Part shown: in pieces, positions 1 through 12,490 of the stretch
How positions within the stretch are numbered: position 1 is the stretch's first letter
Layout of the letters: every line of letters starts with the position of its first letter
NCBI GenBank assembly: GCA_016748015.1
Contig: JAAOMT010000776.1
Location: 248,001 to 312,000 of the forward strand
From: Geosiphon pyriformis uo1
Lineage: Eukaryota; Fungi; Glomeromycota
DNA: 64,000 bases
Direction of reading: 5' to 3'
Program-made: the position numbers and the translations under genes
The notes under the pieces: generated by a model
Told to the model about the DNA's origin: nothing
The model's input: only the letters and a program-made list of their open reading frames with translations
Databases searched by the model: none

Positions 1-1320
1 AGTTGGACCTCCAGTAACTGAATTTATCTTCAAATTATCTTCTATAATTTGAACTGCTGGGCTTATGAGTAAAATGGCCAATTCCTTGCCAGTTACTTTA
101 TGTAGTTATGTTGTAGTAAACATCAACTCTTTCCCAAGAATTGTTTATCTGAAAGCTCACTAAAAATGTGTAGTTACTTTGCTGTAAAAGTCAACTCTTC
201 TACAGGAATCTCGTCTGTAGGCTACCCAAATGATTATAATAAGAAAAAAAAGAAAAATAAAAGAAATATAAAAAGAAATAGATTTTTATTAAGGGAAACG
301 TTTTCTATCCAGGCCTGGAGTCACTAACAGATTATTGAAATTGGTAGTTAATCAATTTCAAAATGTTAGTTGTGTTGAGAGAATTTTAAGTGTAATAATT
401 TAAGGATTTGGTTTTTGAATTTTGAATTTTTATTTGAATGTGTAAAAGGTAATTTGTTTTAATTAAGATATCTAAANNNNNNNNNNNNNNNNNNNNNNNN
501 NNNNNNNNNNNNNNNNNNNNNNNNNNNNNNNNNNNNNNNNNNNNNNNNNNNNNNNNNNNNNNNNNNNNNNNNNNNNNNNNNNNNNNNNNNNNNNNNNNNN
601 NNNNNNNNNNNNNNNNNNNNNNNNNNNNNNNNNNNNNNNNNNNNNNNNNNNNNNNNNNNNNNNNNNNNNNNNNNNNNNNNNNNNNNNNNNNNNNNNNNNN
701 NNNNNNNNNNNNNNNNNNNNNNNNNNNNNNNNNNNNNNNNNNNNNNNNNNNNNNNNNNNNNNNNNNNNNNNNNNNNNNNNNNNNNNNNNNNNNNNNNNNN
801 NNNNNNNNNNNNNNNNNNNNNNNNNNNNNNNNNNNNNNNNNNNNNNNNNNNNNNNNNNNNNNNNNNNNNNNNNNNNNNNNNNNNNNNNNNNNNNNNNNNN
901 NNNNNNNNNNNNNNNNNNNNNNNNNNNNNNNNNNNNNNNNNNNNNNNNNNNNNNNNNNNNNNNNNNNNNNNNNNNNNNNNNNNNNNNNNNNNNNNNNNNN
1001 NNNNNNNNNNNNNNNNNNNNNNNNNNNNNNNNNNNNNNNNNNNNNNNNNNNNNNNNNNNNNNNNNNNNNNNNNNNNNNNNNNNNNNNNNNNNNNNNNNNN
1101 NNNNNNNNNNNNNNNNNNNNNNNNNNNNNNNNNNNNNNNNNNNNNNNNNNNNNNNNNNNNNNNNNNNNNNNNNNNNNNNNNNNNNNNNNNNNNNNNNNNN
1201 NNNNNNNNNNNNNNNNNNNNNNNNNNNNNNNNNNNNNNNNNNNNNNNNNNNNNNNNNNNNNNNNNNNNNNNNNNNNNNNNNNNNNNNNNNNNNNNNNNNN
1301 NNNNNNNNNNNNNNNNNNNA

Positions 1321-3304
1321 TTACCAGAAGGGTGTTGTCCAGCAGAATCTGCCCTCACTTATTATATCAACGCCAGAATAAATTATCATATAGGAAAGGA
1401 AGAAGAACCACACGATGCAAAACTTGGATTGTATAGAGAATTATCACAATACACTACAAAAGAAGTAGCAGTAATAGCCGCAACTATTGTCAAAATCCAT
1501 CGAGAAATTGAGCAATACGCCAACAAAAATTTTCCAATATCCACAGGAAACACTAGGGAACGCACCAACCAAAGACCTACCTTCGAATTTGAGGAAAATC
1601 CAGCACTACCAGCCATCGAAACCTATCAGCTCTCTTGGGCTGATGACCAAAGAACAGGACTACCAGCCGTACCAACGTGGACCAGCGAAGAAAGATCCGA
1701 ATGGAACCAGGTAAGTTCACGAAGAAACCACCAGCGACGCAGACCAAAGCTAGAATGCTCAGTTTGCAAGAAGAAACTCTCGTCTATGACTGCGTGCAGC
1801 GCACCGGACGAAGACCCAAGAAACCCCACCCACTACTATTGTAACCGTTGTAACAAAGAAAAATACGGTTACCCAGAAAGACACGGAAAATGGGACGAGG
1901 AACCGTGCCTCGCTTGTGGAGAACCGTTACCAAGAGGGTGCGACTGGAACAACTTACCAGGCAGAGGAAGAACATGTGATGCAACTTGCCAATACACGAT
2001 CCTCATCTGTGACTGGGTAAGAGGAGGAACGCCGTTCGAAGCAGCATTCAACAGAGCGTTAAAAAGACTACAGCACTACCCACACGATGAGGACGAGTTG
2101 TACAACACCGCACAAGCCAAAGTAAGAGGAGGAACCGCCGAAGAAATACGACGTTGGAAAGAGTCAGCCAAAGTAGCCGACGAAGTTGCCAGCTACAACA
2201 TGTTCGACCCAGTGGACGAATTCCAGGACTACTACCAACAACTATGCCCCACTCGACAAGAGCAAGAACAATACCTCGCCCAAATCAACACTTACCTCTG
2301 CGAAAACTGTCTCATCCCGTGCCAAAGTCAGTGCTGTGAAGAGTGTCAAGACAAAAGGGACTTAGAAAGAAAAATGGAAATTGAGAATCAGCAGTCTCAA
2401 AATCAATCAATAAATCAACAAGACTCACCTGACGGTCCCGAGTCAGAAAAATTTGTAGCCTATACCGACCTAGAACAGGTGACCGACATCCGATACTTCG
2501 ACAACGGGCACTTAGGAATAATACCCGAAAGAGCTCATCCAACTGACGCCAGATTCGATCTACGTTATCCGGAAGACCAATCCACAACGTTACCACTTAG
2601 GAGCATCACCAAAATCGACCTAAAATTAGCAGTTGAAATTCCGCCAGGAATAATGGTTCAAATGGCGTCGCAATCAAGCCTCGCGAAAAAAGGAATAAGC
2701 GTTCAAGGAGGAGTAATTGACTCCGGATACACTGGAAATTTGATGGTTTTGCTACAAAACAATTCAGAAAAGCCTTATACCATTGAATCTAAGGAAAAGA
2801 TTGCACAAGCAATTTTCCTATCATTGGTAAAAATTGGGAAATTTGTGCCAGTAGAAAATCGTGAGGAATTGTCACAAACAACGAGAGGAACTTTTGGTTT
2901 CGGATCGACAGGAAAAGGAATTGAAGCGAATTTCGCTGAAACAATAGAGGAAAAAGGCAAAGTAATTAAAAATGAGCAGTCCATCACACTCCTACCATAT
3001 GGAAAATCAGAAATAAGAATAAAAAGGACAATTAAAGAAAAAGACCTAATATTTGAGCCTTACCCAGAAACTTGCCAACAGTTTCTCATAGGACTTACTA
3101 ACCTTTTTATTCCAGCTGATAAAGCTCAATGGATAAAAATTCCTATCGCAAACACCACAGAAGAACCTGTCTACATTCCGGAAGATACCATCATTGGATA
3201 CCTCGGAACGGAGCTAGAAAATGCGTCAACACCACAAGAAATTCTAAATTTCCCAGAAATCGCCCTCTACTGTGAACTCACTTCAATAAATTTGCAACAA
3301 CCGG
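1321..3304 (+). CDS. Partial polyprotein: gag N-terminal domain fused to Cys-rich domain, dUTPase and dUTPase-like domain (open frame from gap to gap)
   Basis: Frame is open from 1321 (LPEGCCPAESALTYYIN...). CxxC clusters at 1756-2346. dUTPase motifs DARFDL, SQSS, GVIDSGYTG, KIAQ, RGTFGFGSTG at ~2515-2913. Confidence 0.85.
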
Positions 3305-3324
3305 NNNNNNNNNNNNNNNNNNNN

Positions 3325-3850
3325 AAACTTTTCAAACATCGCCAAACCCCTTAATTACCTACTATCTAAAAATGTGAAGTTTGAATGGACTGAAGCACAA
3401 CAAAAAGCTTTTGAGTACCTTAGACAAAAGCTCATTGAATCACCAATAATGATCTATCCGAATTTCAACAAGAAATTCATTTTGGCCACAGATGTCTCTG
3501 AAACTGGACTTGGAGCCATTCTGTTACAAAAAGATGATAATGGAAGAGAACATGTAATCGCTTATGCCAGCAGAAGTCTCAGTACGGCAGAACAAAACTA
3601 TGCAGCACATGAACTTGAATGCTTAGCAGTAGTCTGGAGTTGTGTTCACTTTGACACATATTTATGGTACCAACCCTTTGAGATTACAACAGATCATAGA
3701 GGTCTGGTCTGGTTAAAGAACAAGAAAGCGCTAAAAGGAAAATACGCCAGATAGTCATAAACGTTAGCACCATACGATTATATTATCAAATACAAAAAAG
3801 GTACCAAAAATGCTAATGCCGACTGTTTGTCAAGAATGAGACACACATAA
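3325..3850 (+). pseudogene. RT connection and RNase H of copy A (two internal stops at 3752 and 3758), ending at TAA 3848-3850
   Basis: FILATDVS, VIAYASRSLS, NYAAHELECLAVVW, TDHRGL, NANADCLSR*. Confidence 0.9.
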
Positions 3851-3879
3851 AAATCACCAACCCACCCGCCACAACAACA

Positions 3880-4858
3880 ATGAACAACCACCTTTACAAA
3901 AACCTCAGCCAATACTTGGAAACACTACAAATAGACAAAGAAATGCCAGTAAAAGAGCTAATTAAGCTCCAAAAATTAGCAAAACACTATTTCATCCAAA
4001 ATCACATACTTTATTACCAGAATCGACAAAATCCAGATAATCCATTAAGAGTTATAACCACGGATGAAAAAAAAACTATCTTATTTAACATGCACTCAGA
4101 TATTCATTCAGGCCACTTTGGAAAAACAGCAACCATCCAACGTGCAACTAGTCGTTACTATTGGCCAAAAATGAGCTCAGACATAATCTAATACATAAGA
4201 AATTGTGACCTATGCCAACGAAGAGGAGGAGCAAAAACAATGGAATTATTAAGACCAATAAAAGTTGGACAGCTATTTGACAGAATCGGAATTGATTTAG
4301 TTGGACCCTTACCAATAACAACAAGAAACAACTGTTATATTGCAGTAGCCATGGACTATCTCACCAAATGGCCAGAAGCTAGAGCTATTAAAACAGCTGA
4401 TGCTATTTCCGTAGCTCAATTCATACATAAAGACTTAATTTGCCGACATGGATGTCCACAAGAATTGCTATCAGATCAAAGCACACACTTCGTAAACAGC
4501 ACCTTAAAAGAACTTAGCCAAAAATTTGGAATCAAGCGACCACTGTCATCACCATACCACCCTCAAACAAATGGATTAGTTGAAAGATTTAATCGCACAT
4601 TATGCAAATCACTGGCGAAAATTAGTAACGAACATGAAAAAGAATGGGATTTGTTCATACCAGCAGTACTACTAGCATATAGAACAGTAAAACAAGATAC
4701 TACACAATTCACACCGTTCGAACTAGTTTATGGAAGAAAAGCCACATTACCCGTTGAACTTACTATTCCAACTTATCCGAGTGACACTATCACGGAAGCA
4801 ACATTCCAGGAAACACTACTTAGAAGAACATACGAATTAATGGGAACTTTAGAAAACA
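3880..4858 (+). pseudogene. Integrase of copy A (HHCC and DDE core), separate ORF, one premature stop at 4189
   Basis: HSDIHSGH...CDLC; IGIDLVGPL; LLSDQ; PQTNGLVERFNRTL; TPFELVYGR. Confidence 0.9.
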
Positions 4859-4878
4859 NNNNNNNNNNNNNNNNNNNN

Positions 4879-5515
4879 TTAATTTTAAAATACTCTGATA
4901 TATTTTCAAGAAATGGCGAATTTGGAAGAACCAACTTGGTTCAACACCAAATCCCCACTGGAGACGCCAGACCTGAAAAACAACGCGCTTACCATGTCCC
5001 ACCAATGGAGCATAATTTTATCAGAGAAGAAGTCCAAAGCATGTTGGAAAAAGAAATAATACAACCATCAATGAGCCCATGGTCCTCACCAGTTGTTTTA
5101 GTAAGGAAAAAGAACGGAAAAATTAGATTTTGCGTCGACTATCGCAAACTAAACAGCAAAACAACCAAAGACTCATACCCAATACCGTTAATTGACGAAA
5201 TCTTCGACGTTTTTGGAGGAGCAAAATGGTTTTCTACACTGGACTTGACCAGTGGGTACTGGCAAGTGGAAATGGACCCAAAGGACAGGCATAAAACAGC
5301 ATTCACAACACAAAATGGCAATTATGAGTTCAATGTAATGCCATTTGGATTAACAAACGCTTCCGCGACATTCCAAAGACTAATGGACGTAATTTACTCC
5401 GGAATCCTGTGGCAATCCGTTGTTGTCTACTTGGATGATACAAATGTTTTCTCGTCAAAATTCATGGATCATCTCCAACATTTACAACAAGTTTTTGAGA
5501 GATTGAGACACGCTG
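4879..5515 (+). CDS. Reverse transcriptase core fragment (gap-bounded contig, probably misordered)
   Basis: SPWSSPVVLVRKK, RFCVDYRKLN, LDLTSGYWQV, MPFGLTNA, YLDD; flanked by 20-N gaps. Confidence 0.9.
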
Positions 5516-5535
5516 NNNNNNNNNNNNNNNNNNNN

Positions 5536-5874
5536 AACCAGTTACCAGATAATATAATTAGCTACAAAATTGGAGATAAAGTATTGTTGCATCGTACAAA
5601 AATGGAAAAACAGTGGAGTGAAAAATTTGATCACAAGTGGGATGGACCATTTTATATTCACGAAATACTTGGAAATGGAGCATACAAGCTAAGACTAGAT
5701 GATAAAATATTAAGAAAAGCAGCACATGGTAACCGGCTGAAATTCTATTACAGTAAACCAGTAATAACAGCAAAAACACCCAGAATTGGAACACAATTAC
5801 CTTTAATTCTACCAGAACAAATTCCACAAGATTTAGAACCAATAGTTTTTATTGAACATTATTCGAAAAGATAA
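5536..5874 (+). CDS. Integrase C-terminus (GPF/SH3-like) of copy A
   Basis: YKIGDKVLL...KWDGPFYIHE...AYKL...HGNRLK. Confidence 0.85.
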   Translation, partial: NQLPDNIISYKIGDKVLLHRTKMEKQWSEKFDHKWDGPFYIHEILGNGAYKLRLDDKILRKAAHGNRLKFYYSKPVITAKTPRIGTQLPLILPEQIPQDLEPIVFIEHYSKR

Positions 5875-5958
5875 TTAATCTTAGATCACAGCAAAAATGA
5901 TTTAACAACCATAAAAACGCATGCAAAAGATTCCAAAATAACATTCAAAATTAAAACA

Positions 5959-6132
5959 ATGATACTTATTCCAGAAAACATCAACAATATAACTCAACAA
6001 TTAGTTGAAAGCTTACAACAATTAAAATCCGATCTAGAAATCACAGTTAATAGCTCCAAAATAACATACATAAAAAGAACAATAGAAAATCCAAAAACAA
6101 GAAAAAAACATAATTTTGAACCATATAATATT
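5959..6132 (+). CDS. ORF3 N-terminus of copy A (unknown function; runs into gap)
   Basis: IPENINNITQQLVESLQQ..LEITVN aligns with IPNHIHTLVQQLFQALSQ..IEIIIN (copy E, 27032) and ITDEIHLLAQ*LFQLI..MEITINQ (copy D, 35190). Confidence 0.7.
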
Positions 6133-6416
6133 NNNNNNNNNNNNNNNNNNNNNNNNNNNNNNNNNNNNNNNNNNNNNNNNNNNNNNNNNNNNNNNNNNNN
6201 NNNNNNNNNNNNNNNNNNNNNNNNNNNNNNNNNNNNNNNNNNNNNNNNNNNNNNNNNNNNNNNNNNNNNNNNNNNNNNNNNNNNNNNNNNNNNNNNNNNN
6301 NNNNNNNNNNNNNNNNNNNNNNNNNNNNNNNNNNNNNNNNNNNNNNNNNNNNNNNNNNNNNNNNNNNNNNNNNNNNNNNNNNNNNNNNNNNNNNNNNNNN
6401 NNNNNNNNNNNNNNNN

Positions 6417-6727
6417 TTAGAAAAGCACTACAGACCATTAACATTCTGTGTTTCTAGATTAGAGAAACACATCAGGCAATTGCAAGGATAGCCTCAGAGA
6501 AGACCCCAAACAGTGGGTAGATTTCAGTTCAGCCTCTGAGAAGGAGTACATAAACACACACAACAATCAAGAATTAAAGAATAACTTACATCGCAACAGT
6601 AAAAAGAAAGCCTTCAGTGTAACAGTGACATTATCACACAAATAGAATTGAGGAACTCACGAAAGACTGATTGCAATTAAAGCGGGATATCAGCAATTAA
6701 ATATAACAAGAAAACCATCCCGTAACA
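6417..6727 (+). repeat. 3' LTR of copy A (partial)
   Basis: GATAGCC...AAGACCCCAAA block shared with other LTRs; terminal GTAACA. Confidence 0.7.
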
Positions 6728-9700
6728 ATGTACTATATAATTAAATAATAATAATTCTATTTTTCATCTTGTGTAGCAGTTGTTTGCAAATTTTTGTTTC
6801 TGAATTAATGTTAATTCTTTGTGATTAGTGTATATATCAAACTTTTAACTTAAACATTTCTTCTATTTGATGACAGTCTAATAGATAGTCAAATATTTTA
6901 ATGCTAGAATTCTATAATTTTTTTCAGCTGAACATAAGCTTTGGCTGACATATACTATTGAATGTTCTCTTCCATTTGGTTTTTTTTGTAACAATACTGC
7001 TTCTAAGACTTGATCTAATGTGTTAGTAATAATAATAAATGTTTTGTTGTGATCTGGATAAATTAGTACTGGTGTTTAAATAAGTTTTTTTTTCAAGATG
7101 TTAAAAGTTTCTTGTTGGGTTTTAGTTTATTCATATTTCACATTTTTTGTTTGAAACTAGTAGAGTGGTTGAGCCAGTTTGGAAAAGTTTTGAATAAAGT
7201 GACAATAATATTCAACAAATTTCAAGAATGTTCTTAATTCTGTAAGATTTGTTGGTACTAAAAAGTTCTTACCAATTTTAATCTTATTTGGATCCATTTT
7301 GATGCTGTTTTTGCTAACAACATGTTCCAAAAATTTCAGTTCTGTTTTTTCAAAAAAACACTTTGTAGTGTTTAGATTTAATCCAGTTCTTCTTAGTCTT
7401 TTAAACATTTATTGGAGATAATGAAAATTATTGTTAAATGTTTTGGAAAACATATTGGTATTATCCAAGTAAATTACTACTGACTTTTATAGTAATTCTG
7501 TATAAATAGTTTTCATAAGCTATTAGAAGGTAGCTGGAATATTTATTAAGCCAAAGAGCATAATATTAAATTCAAAATTTTTTTTTTGGTTGTAAATATT
7601 GTTTTCTTTTTGTTAGCTGGATTTATGGCTATTTGCCAATAATTATTGTCTAAATCTAATGTTAAAAACCATTTTTTTCCTCCAAATGCATTAAATAATT
7701 CTTGAATTTGTGGAATTGAATAGCTGTCTCTACAAGTAATACTGTTAAGCTTTTTGTAATTCACACAAAAGCAGATTTTTCTATTTTTTTTCCAGACTAG
7801 TATTACTGGTAATGATTATAGACTTATTAATAATTGAATTAATCCATTGTCTAATATTCTGTTGATTTCTTGTTGGATGATCTCATGGGTTGCTAGTGGT
7901 ATTCTGTATGCTTATTGTTTTATTGGCATTGTATTTTCTGTCTTAATTTGGTGTTAGATGATGTCAGTTCTGCCAAATTTGTTTTTACTGGCAAATATGT
8001 TAGTAAAATTGTTAAAAAGCATTCTGAGTTGTATACATTAAAGTGGATCTAAGTTTCCCAAGTTCATTTGTTTCAATTGTTCCAGTTGGAACAAATAATA
8101 TTTTTCTTATCCATATATTGTTTGTGATATAATATCCACATATTTACACAATTGTAGAAAATCTGGAATGGTGTTTAGTAGTTGGTTCTCAATTTTAGTG
8201 TTTAAGTATCCAATAGTAGTTCTGCTTGGTATTTTGATAGTGTTTCCTGTTATATATGAAAATTTTAATGTGCTTATAATTCTTGACCAGTATATAGAAA
8301 TTGGTAATTCCAATTTTCTCTGATTTACAAATAGTTAGTTCCACTTTAAAAATTTGGAACTGGTCCCTTATTTTTTTTTTTATTACTAATATATGCTGAT
8401 CATATAATAGAATAGAAACTGATTAATGAGTGAAGATAATTTCTTCCTTATTAATAGTTTTTTCTTCTGTTATATTAACTGATATATCTATTCTTTCTAT
8501 TGATCTAAATCTATTTTTTTCTCTGGCTGTGATTCTTAATTTTTCTTTTGTTCTTACTAACACTAATTGAGCTATTTTTATCAGAGGTAAGAATATTGTC
8601 TGTGCTATTTTTTTATTTGGTTCAATGGTATATGGTTTCTAAATCATTTTGTAATATTACAATAATATTTTCTACATATTCTGTATCAATTATTTCTTCT
8701 TTAATATTAATCTCTTTTTTTGCTAAACTAGATCTAAATACTAACTGAATCATTGTTGCCAGAATTTCCAGTACTATTTTCAGATCTATACTGATGTGTA
8801 AATATAGTTTTAATCTGATGTCAGTTTCAATTTAATGTTAGTTTTTTCTAAATATCTAAGATCAAATCCCATATCAGTATTATGTGTGTGTTTTAGCATA
8901 ATACTTTTATCATTATTACTGAACCATTTCAGTTTTTGTTCTATTGATAGATTTAGAAGCATAATATATTGTTTGGAGTTAAAATTAGAGTTTAAATTGC
9001 CATTGTTATTGCCATAGTGAATGATATTAGAACTATTGTTGTTGTTATTGTCAGAGTTTAAATTAGGATTAAATTTTGATTCCAATTCTGCTGTATATTT
9101 GCTAATTGGTTCTTTTTTTTTTGGAATCAAATAAATTATGTATGATGGTAGATTGTGAATAAAATCATAATTATTACAATATTTAAAGTTATTAAGAATT
9201 AGGCAGTGTTTAAACAGTCTTGTGTTTAACTATTTTAAACACTGTTTTTGTTTTTTTCTAGTCAGTTTTAGATTCTAATAATGTTTGTAAAATTGTTTTA
9301 GATTGTTTTCAATATCATTGAAAACATTAAAAGTTAAAATATATTTAGGTTTAGAAAGTGTAAGTAGATTATTTTTGATCTCCAGTATTTTATTAGTTAA
9401 AGCATCTTTTGCTTTTGCACTCACCATTTTCCAAATTTCATGTTTGTCATGTAAGTAATCTTTCAATTATCTTAGCACTCACTTTCAAGCATTATTGATA
9501 AGCATTCCTTTTTATACTCAATTATTAATTAGAATTGTGTATTGGCATGATTTATTACAAGTTCCTCTTTGTCCAGAAATGTCATTCCATATTTTTTTAT
9601 TGAAAAAAATTATTTCACATGTAAGATAAGGCTTATTGTTCTATTTTTTTTGTCTTTTTAATTGTCTAAAGCATTCAAAAACACATAGATAACAATAATA

Positions 9701-11571
9701 TTTCATTACCATTGGTTATTTCTTATTGTTACTACAATATATGCCTATTGTCAACAATTTTTTGTCACAATTAACACAGATCAGTTTGGATCAATAATAA
9801 GTTGGCTGGCTTTGATTAATAATGGTGTATAAAGTATATGTAGAGATGGTTGTTTGAAACATTTTTTCTTTTTTTTTTTTCTTTTTTTTTACCTTTTCTT
9901 CTCATATGGGCACCAGTAATAAGTTATTATAATCATTATTAGTTCAGAAAACTTGGTAAGCTTCCTAAGTAGGTTTTTTTTTTTAAATTCAATCAGTGGT
10001 TGTAATTAAGTAGTTTGTGGTTTGAAATGATTATACATAGCTGGTACTTGTGTGTGTTGTCTGTTTTAACTAAGCTATAGTTTTTAAGTGCTTTAGTTAA
10101 ATACAGCACTGGTCTTGAACATCTAGTTATTACCAACTAGTGTTTGGTATTGCATGGCTTCCATAATAAGGACTTTAATTGGCCCAACAATATCATTAAC
10201 TTTAAAAAAAAAGTTGTTAATTTTGCCAATTAGAGTTTTTGTTGCTTCATTAGTGATAATTATTTTTATGCTGGCAGTGTGGTCAACTCAATAACTTAAT
10301 TGGTCCATAAGTTATTAAGTAATAATGCTGTCTGCTAACTCACTATTAAGAATTAGTTTGATAAGATAGCCATTAACTTTTGTATTTGTGTACATTGTGG
10401 TAATTGGTTTTACTTCAAGAATGACTTTACTGAATAGAAATGTTTCAACTGGTTTTTTAAGTTCAAAAGAAAAAATAACAGTAAGTGATTTGTCTTCAGT
10501 AATTGTTGCTGGTAGAATATTGTTGATGAATAATTGAGTTTGATTGGGTTTTGATAGATTGGATGTGATGATTTTTGGAAATATTAAGAGACTTAAATAG
10601 TATTGGACATTTAAGTTTTGGGCATAGTTAATTTCTGAATTTTGGTGTTGTAATCCAGATTGTTGGACTGTTAAACTGGGGATTAGTTGGTATATTACTA
10701 TTGCCAATTTTTAGTTCTAATGAATTTGAGTAGTCTTTAGTCTTTGGCTTTTACTTTGAATTAAATTTTGTGGCTGGATTTGAATTTGTTGGGATTGATA
10801 AACGATTTGTGGCTGTGGTTAATATATTGTTAATACTAGAATCTGATAAATTAGCATTAAGTATATTTGTTGCATTATTAGTAGATAATAAGACTGATAT
10901 TGGTCTTAATTTAGTTGATAATTTAGAGTTTAAAATTGGAAATCAAAGTTTTAATATTGATTTCCTGATTATTAATTATTTAACCAGATGGGACAGTCAA
11001 TTTGCAAATGTCTTTGTTTACCATAATAGTGGCAACTACATATCTTTTATTACTATTGTTAATTGGTTAACAATAATAGATGTGATTAATTTTAAAGACA
11101 ATTTGGGTTTCTCAGATTATTGCAACATTGTGAAAATTAATGAATTGCTTAATTGTTAGTTAAGTATTTCTCTAATTTTTGATTAATAAAATTACTGAAT
11201 TGCTTCAACTTGGAGTCCAATTCAGATAATCTGTTTATTACTAGATTAACAACTTAAGTGTGATTGGCTTTTAGCTTGGCTGATTCAAAATTTTAGGCAT
11301 GTGTAACTGTGTTTTAGAGTGTTTAAAAATATAATAAACATATGTATTATAAAAAACTACTGTGCAAACTGCAAATGAATTGGTTTAAAATTTGTGGTGC
11401 TGTAAAATAATTAATGTTAATGGCTTGAATTTGGCATAAATTTTGATAAAAGCATTCCAAGTAAGTGGTAATAGCTTCAATCTCTTTTTGTTTAATAGTA
11501 GTAAAGGTATTTGCTAAATGATTAATGCTGTTATTATTATTAAAATATCTTAGAAATTCCAGTTTAAATGC

Positions 11572-12490
11572 TATTACTTATAGAATATAGGAATTATATA
11601 TTAATACACAAATTAGCCAATCAAAATAAAACGTAATAAAAGTGAAATTCCAGAATTTCTCCCAGAAGAATTGCAGGATTCCAGAATTACAAGATTTTAG
11701 TATAAAAAATTGCAGGATTCTTGGCTAGAAAATTAAGAAATTTAAGAAATCTTGTATAATGAAATTTATGTATATATAGTGATAGCATTAAAAACAGAAA
11801 AAACAGATCTTTAGTTTTAGAACCTTCAGTTCTAATTTCTTATCTATCTCTTTATATAATAGTATTCTATGATTTGAAGTAAAAACATAAAAATATCAAT
11901 AAAATACTTATTAATTATTACAATCTATATTTCCACTATTAACAACTTATGTTGATAGTTACTAATACTTAACTACACTAAATCAATAACTCTTGATTAC
12001 AACTATTGATGGAATACTAACTTTTTTTGTCTTGGCTTATCTCTTTATTCTTTTTTTATTCTTTTTATTATTTTCTTTTATTTTATTTTATTTTTTGTGT
12101 TTTATTGTGAATTTACTAATTAATTAAAAGAATAATGTGTGAGGTATTAACATCAGGATATAGTACTGGTAAAAGACTCAGAAATAAGAGTGAACACTCA
12201 AAATTAAGAATAGCTTACCAGAAAATTACTGGCCATCAAACTGAAAAAGAAATTGATGGAATTGCAATTCTGAGAAATAACAAACAACAAAGCATATCAA
12301 CTCAAAGGTTGAGAAGAAACTAGAAACATTACCAAAAGATATTACTATTAAATCTCTGTCTATTATACAAAGAATTCAAACCAAAACTTTTAAATACAAA
12401 AACCTTCAGATATTACCAACATATAATTTATTGAGCACCAAGTTATAGGTTTGTTATTTGTTTCCAGATCCTAAATAATCATCTGTAATA
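11572..12490 (+). repeat. Solo LTR inserted in gag of copy B, 4-bp TSD ATGC
   Basis: TATTACTTATAG...CTGTAATA with ATGC on both sides; removing it restores the gag sequence seen at 55981. Confidence 0.9.

Larger units (their letters stand above)
1320..6727 (+). mobile_element. Ty3/Gypsy LTR retrotransposon copy A (dUTPase lineage); least mutated, CpG-rich, fragmented by N gaps; inserted into copy B
   Basis: dUTPase, RT (YLDD), RNase H and integrase motifs. 3' LTR ends ...CCCGTAACA at 6727 and abuts minus-strand RNase H sequence of copy B (compare 28561 ATGTACTGTATAATT). Confidence 0.9.

Noticed and set aside
1-476. Possible minus-strand LTR fragment with an A-rich tract
   Set aside because: No terminus or clear match in the window; left unassigned.
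459-1358. ORFs across N runs (also 6034-6457)
   Set aside because: Assembly gaps translated as X.
4240-5874. 544-aa ORF with RT inside or after integrase (copia-like or novel order)
   Set aside because: The RT block is bounded by 20-N gaps and belongs at the 3305-3324 gap; ungapped copies show RT-RH-INT. Scaffolding artefact.
8548-11159. Short hydrophobic ORFs antisense to Pol (here and throughout)
   Set aside because: Expected from T-rich antisense strands; not conserved between copies.
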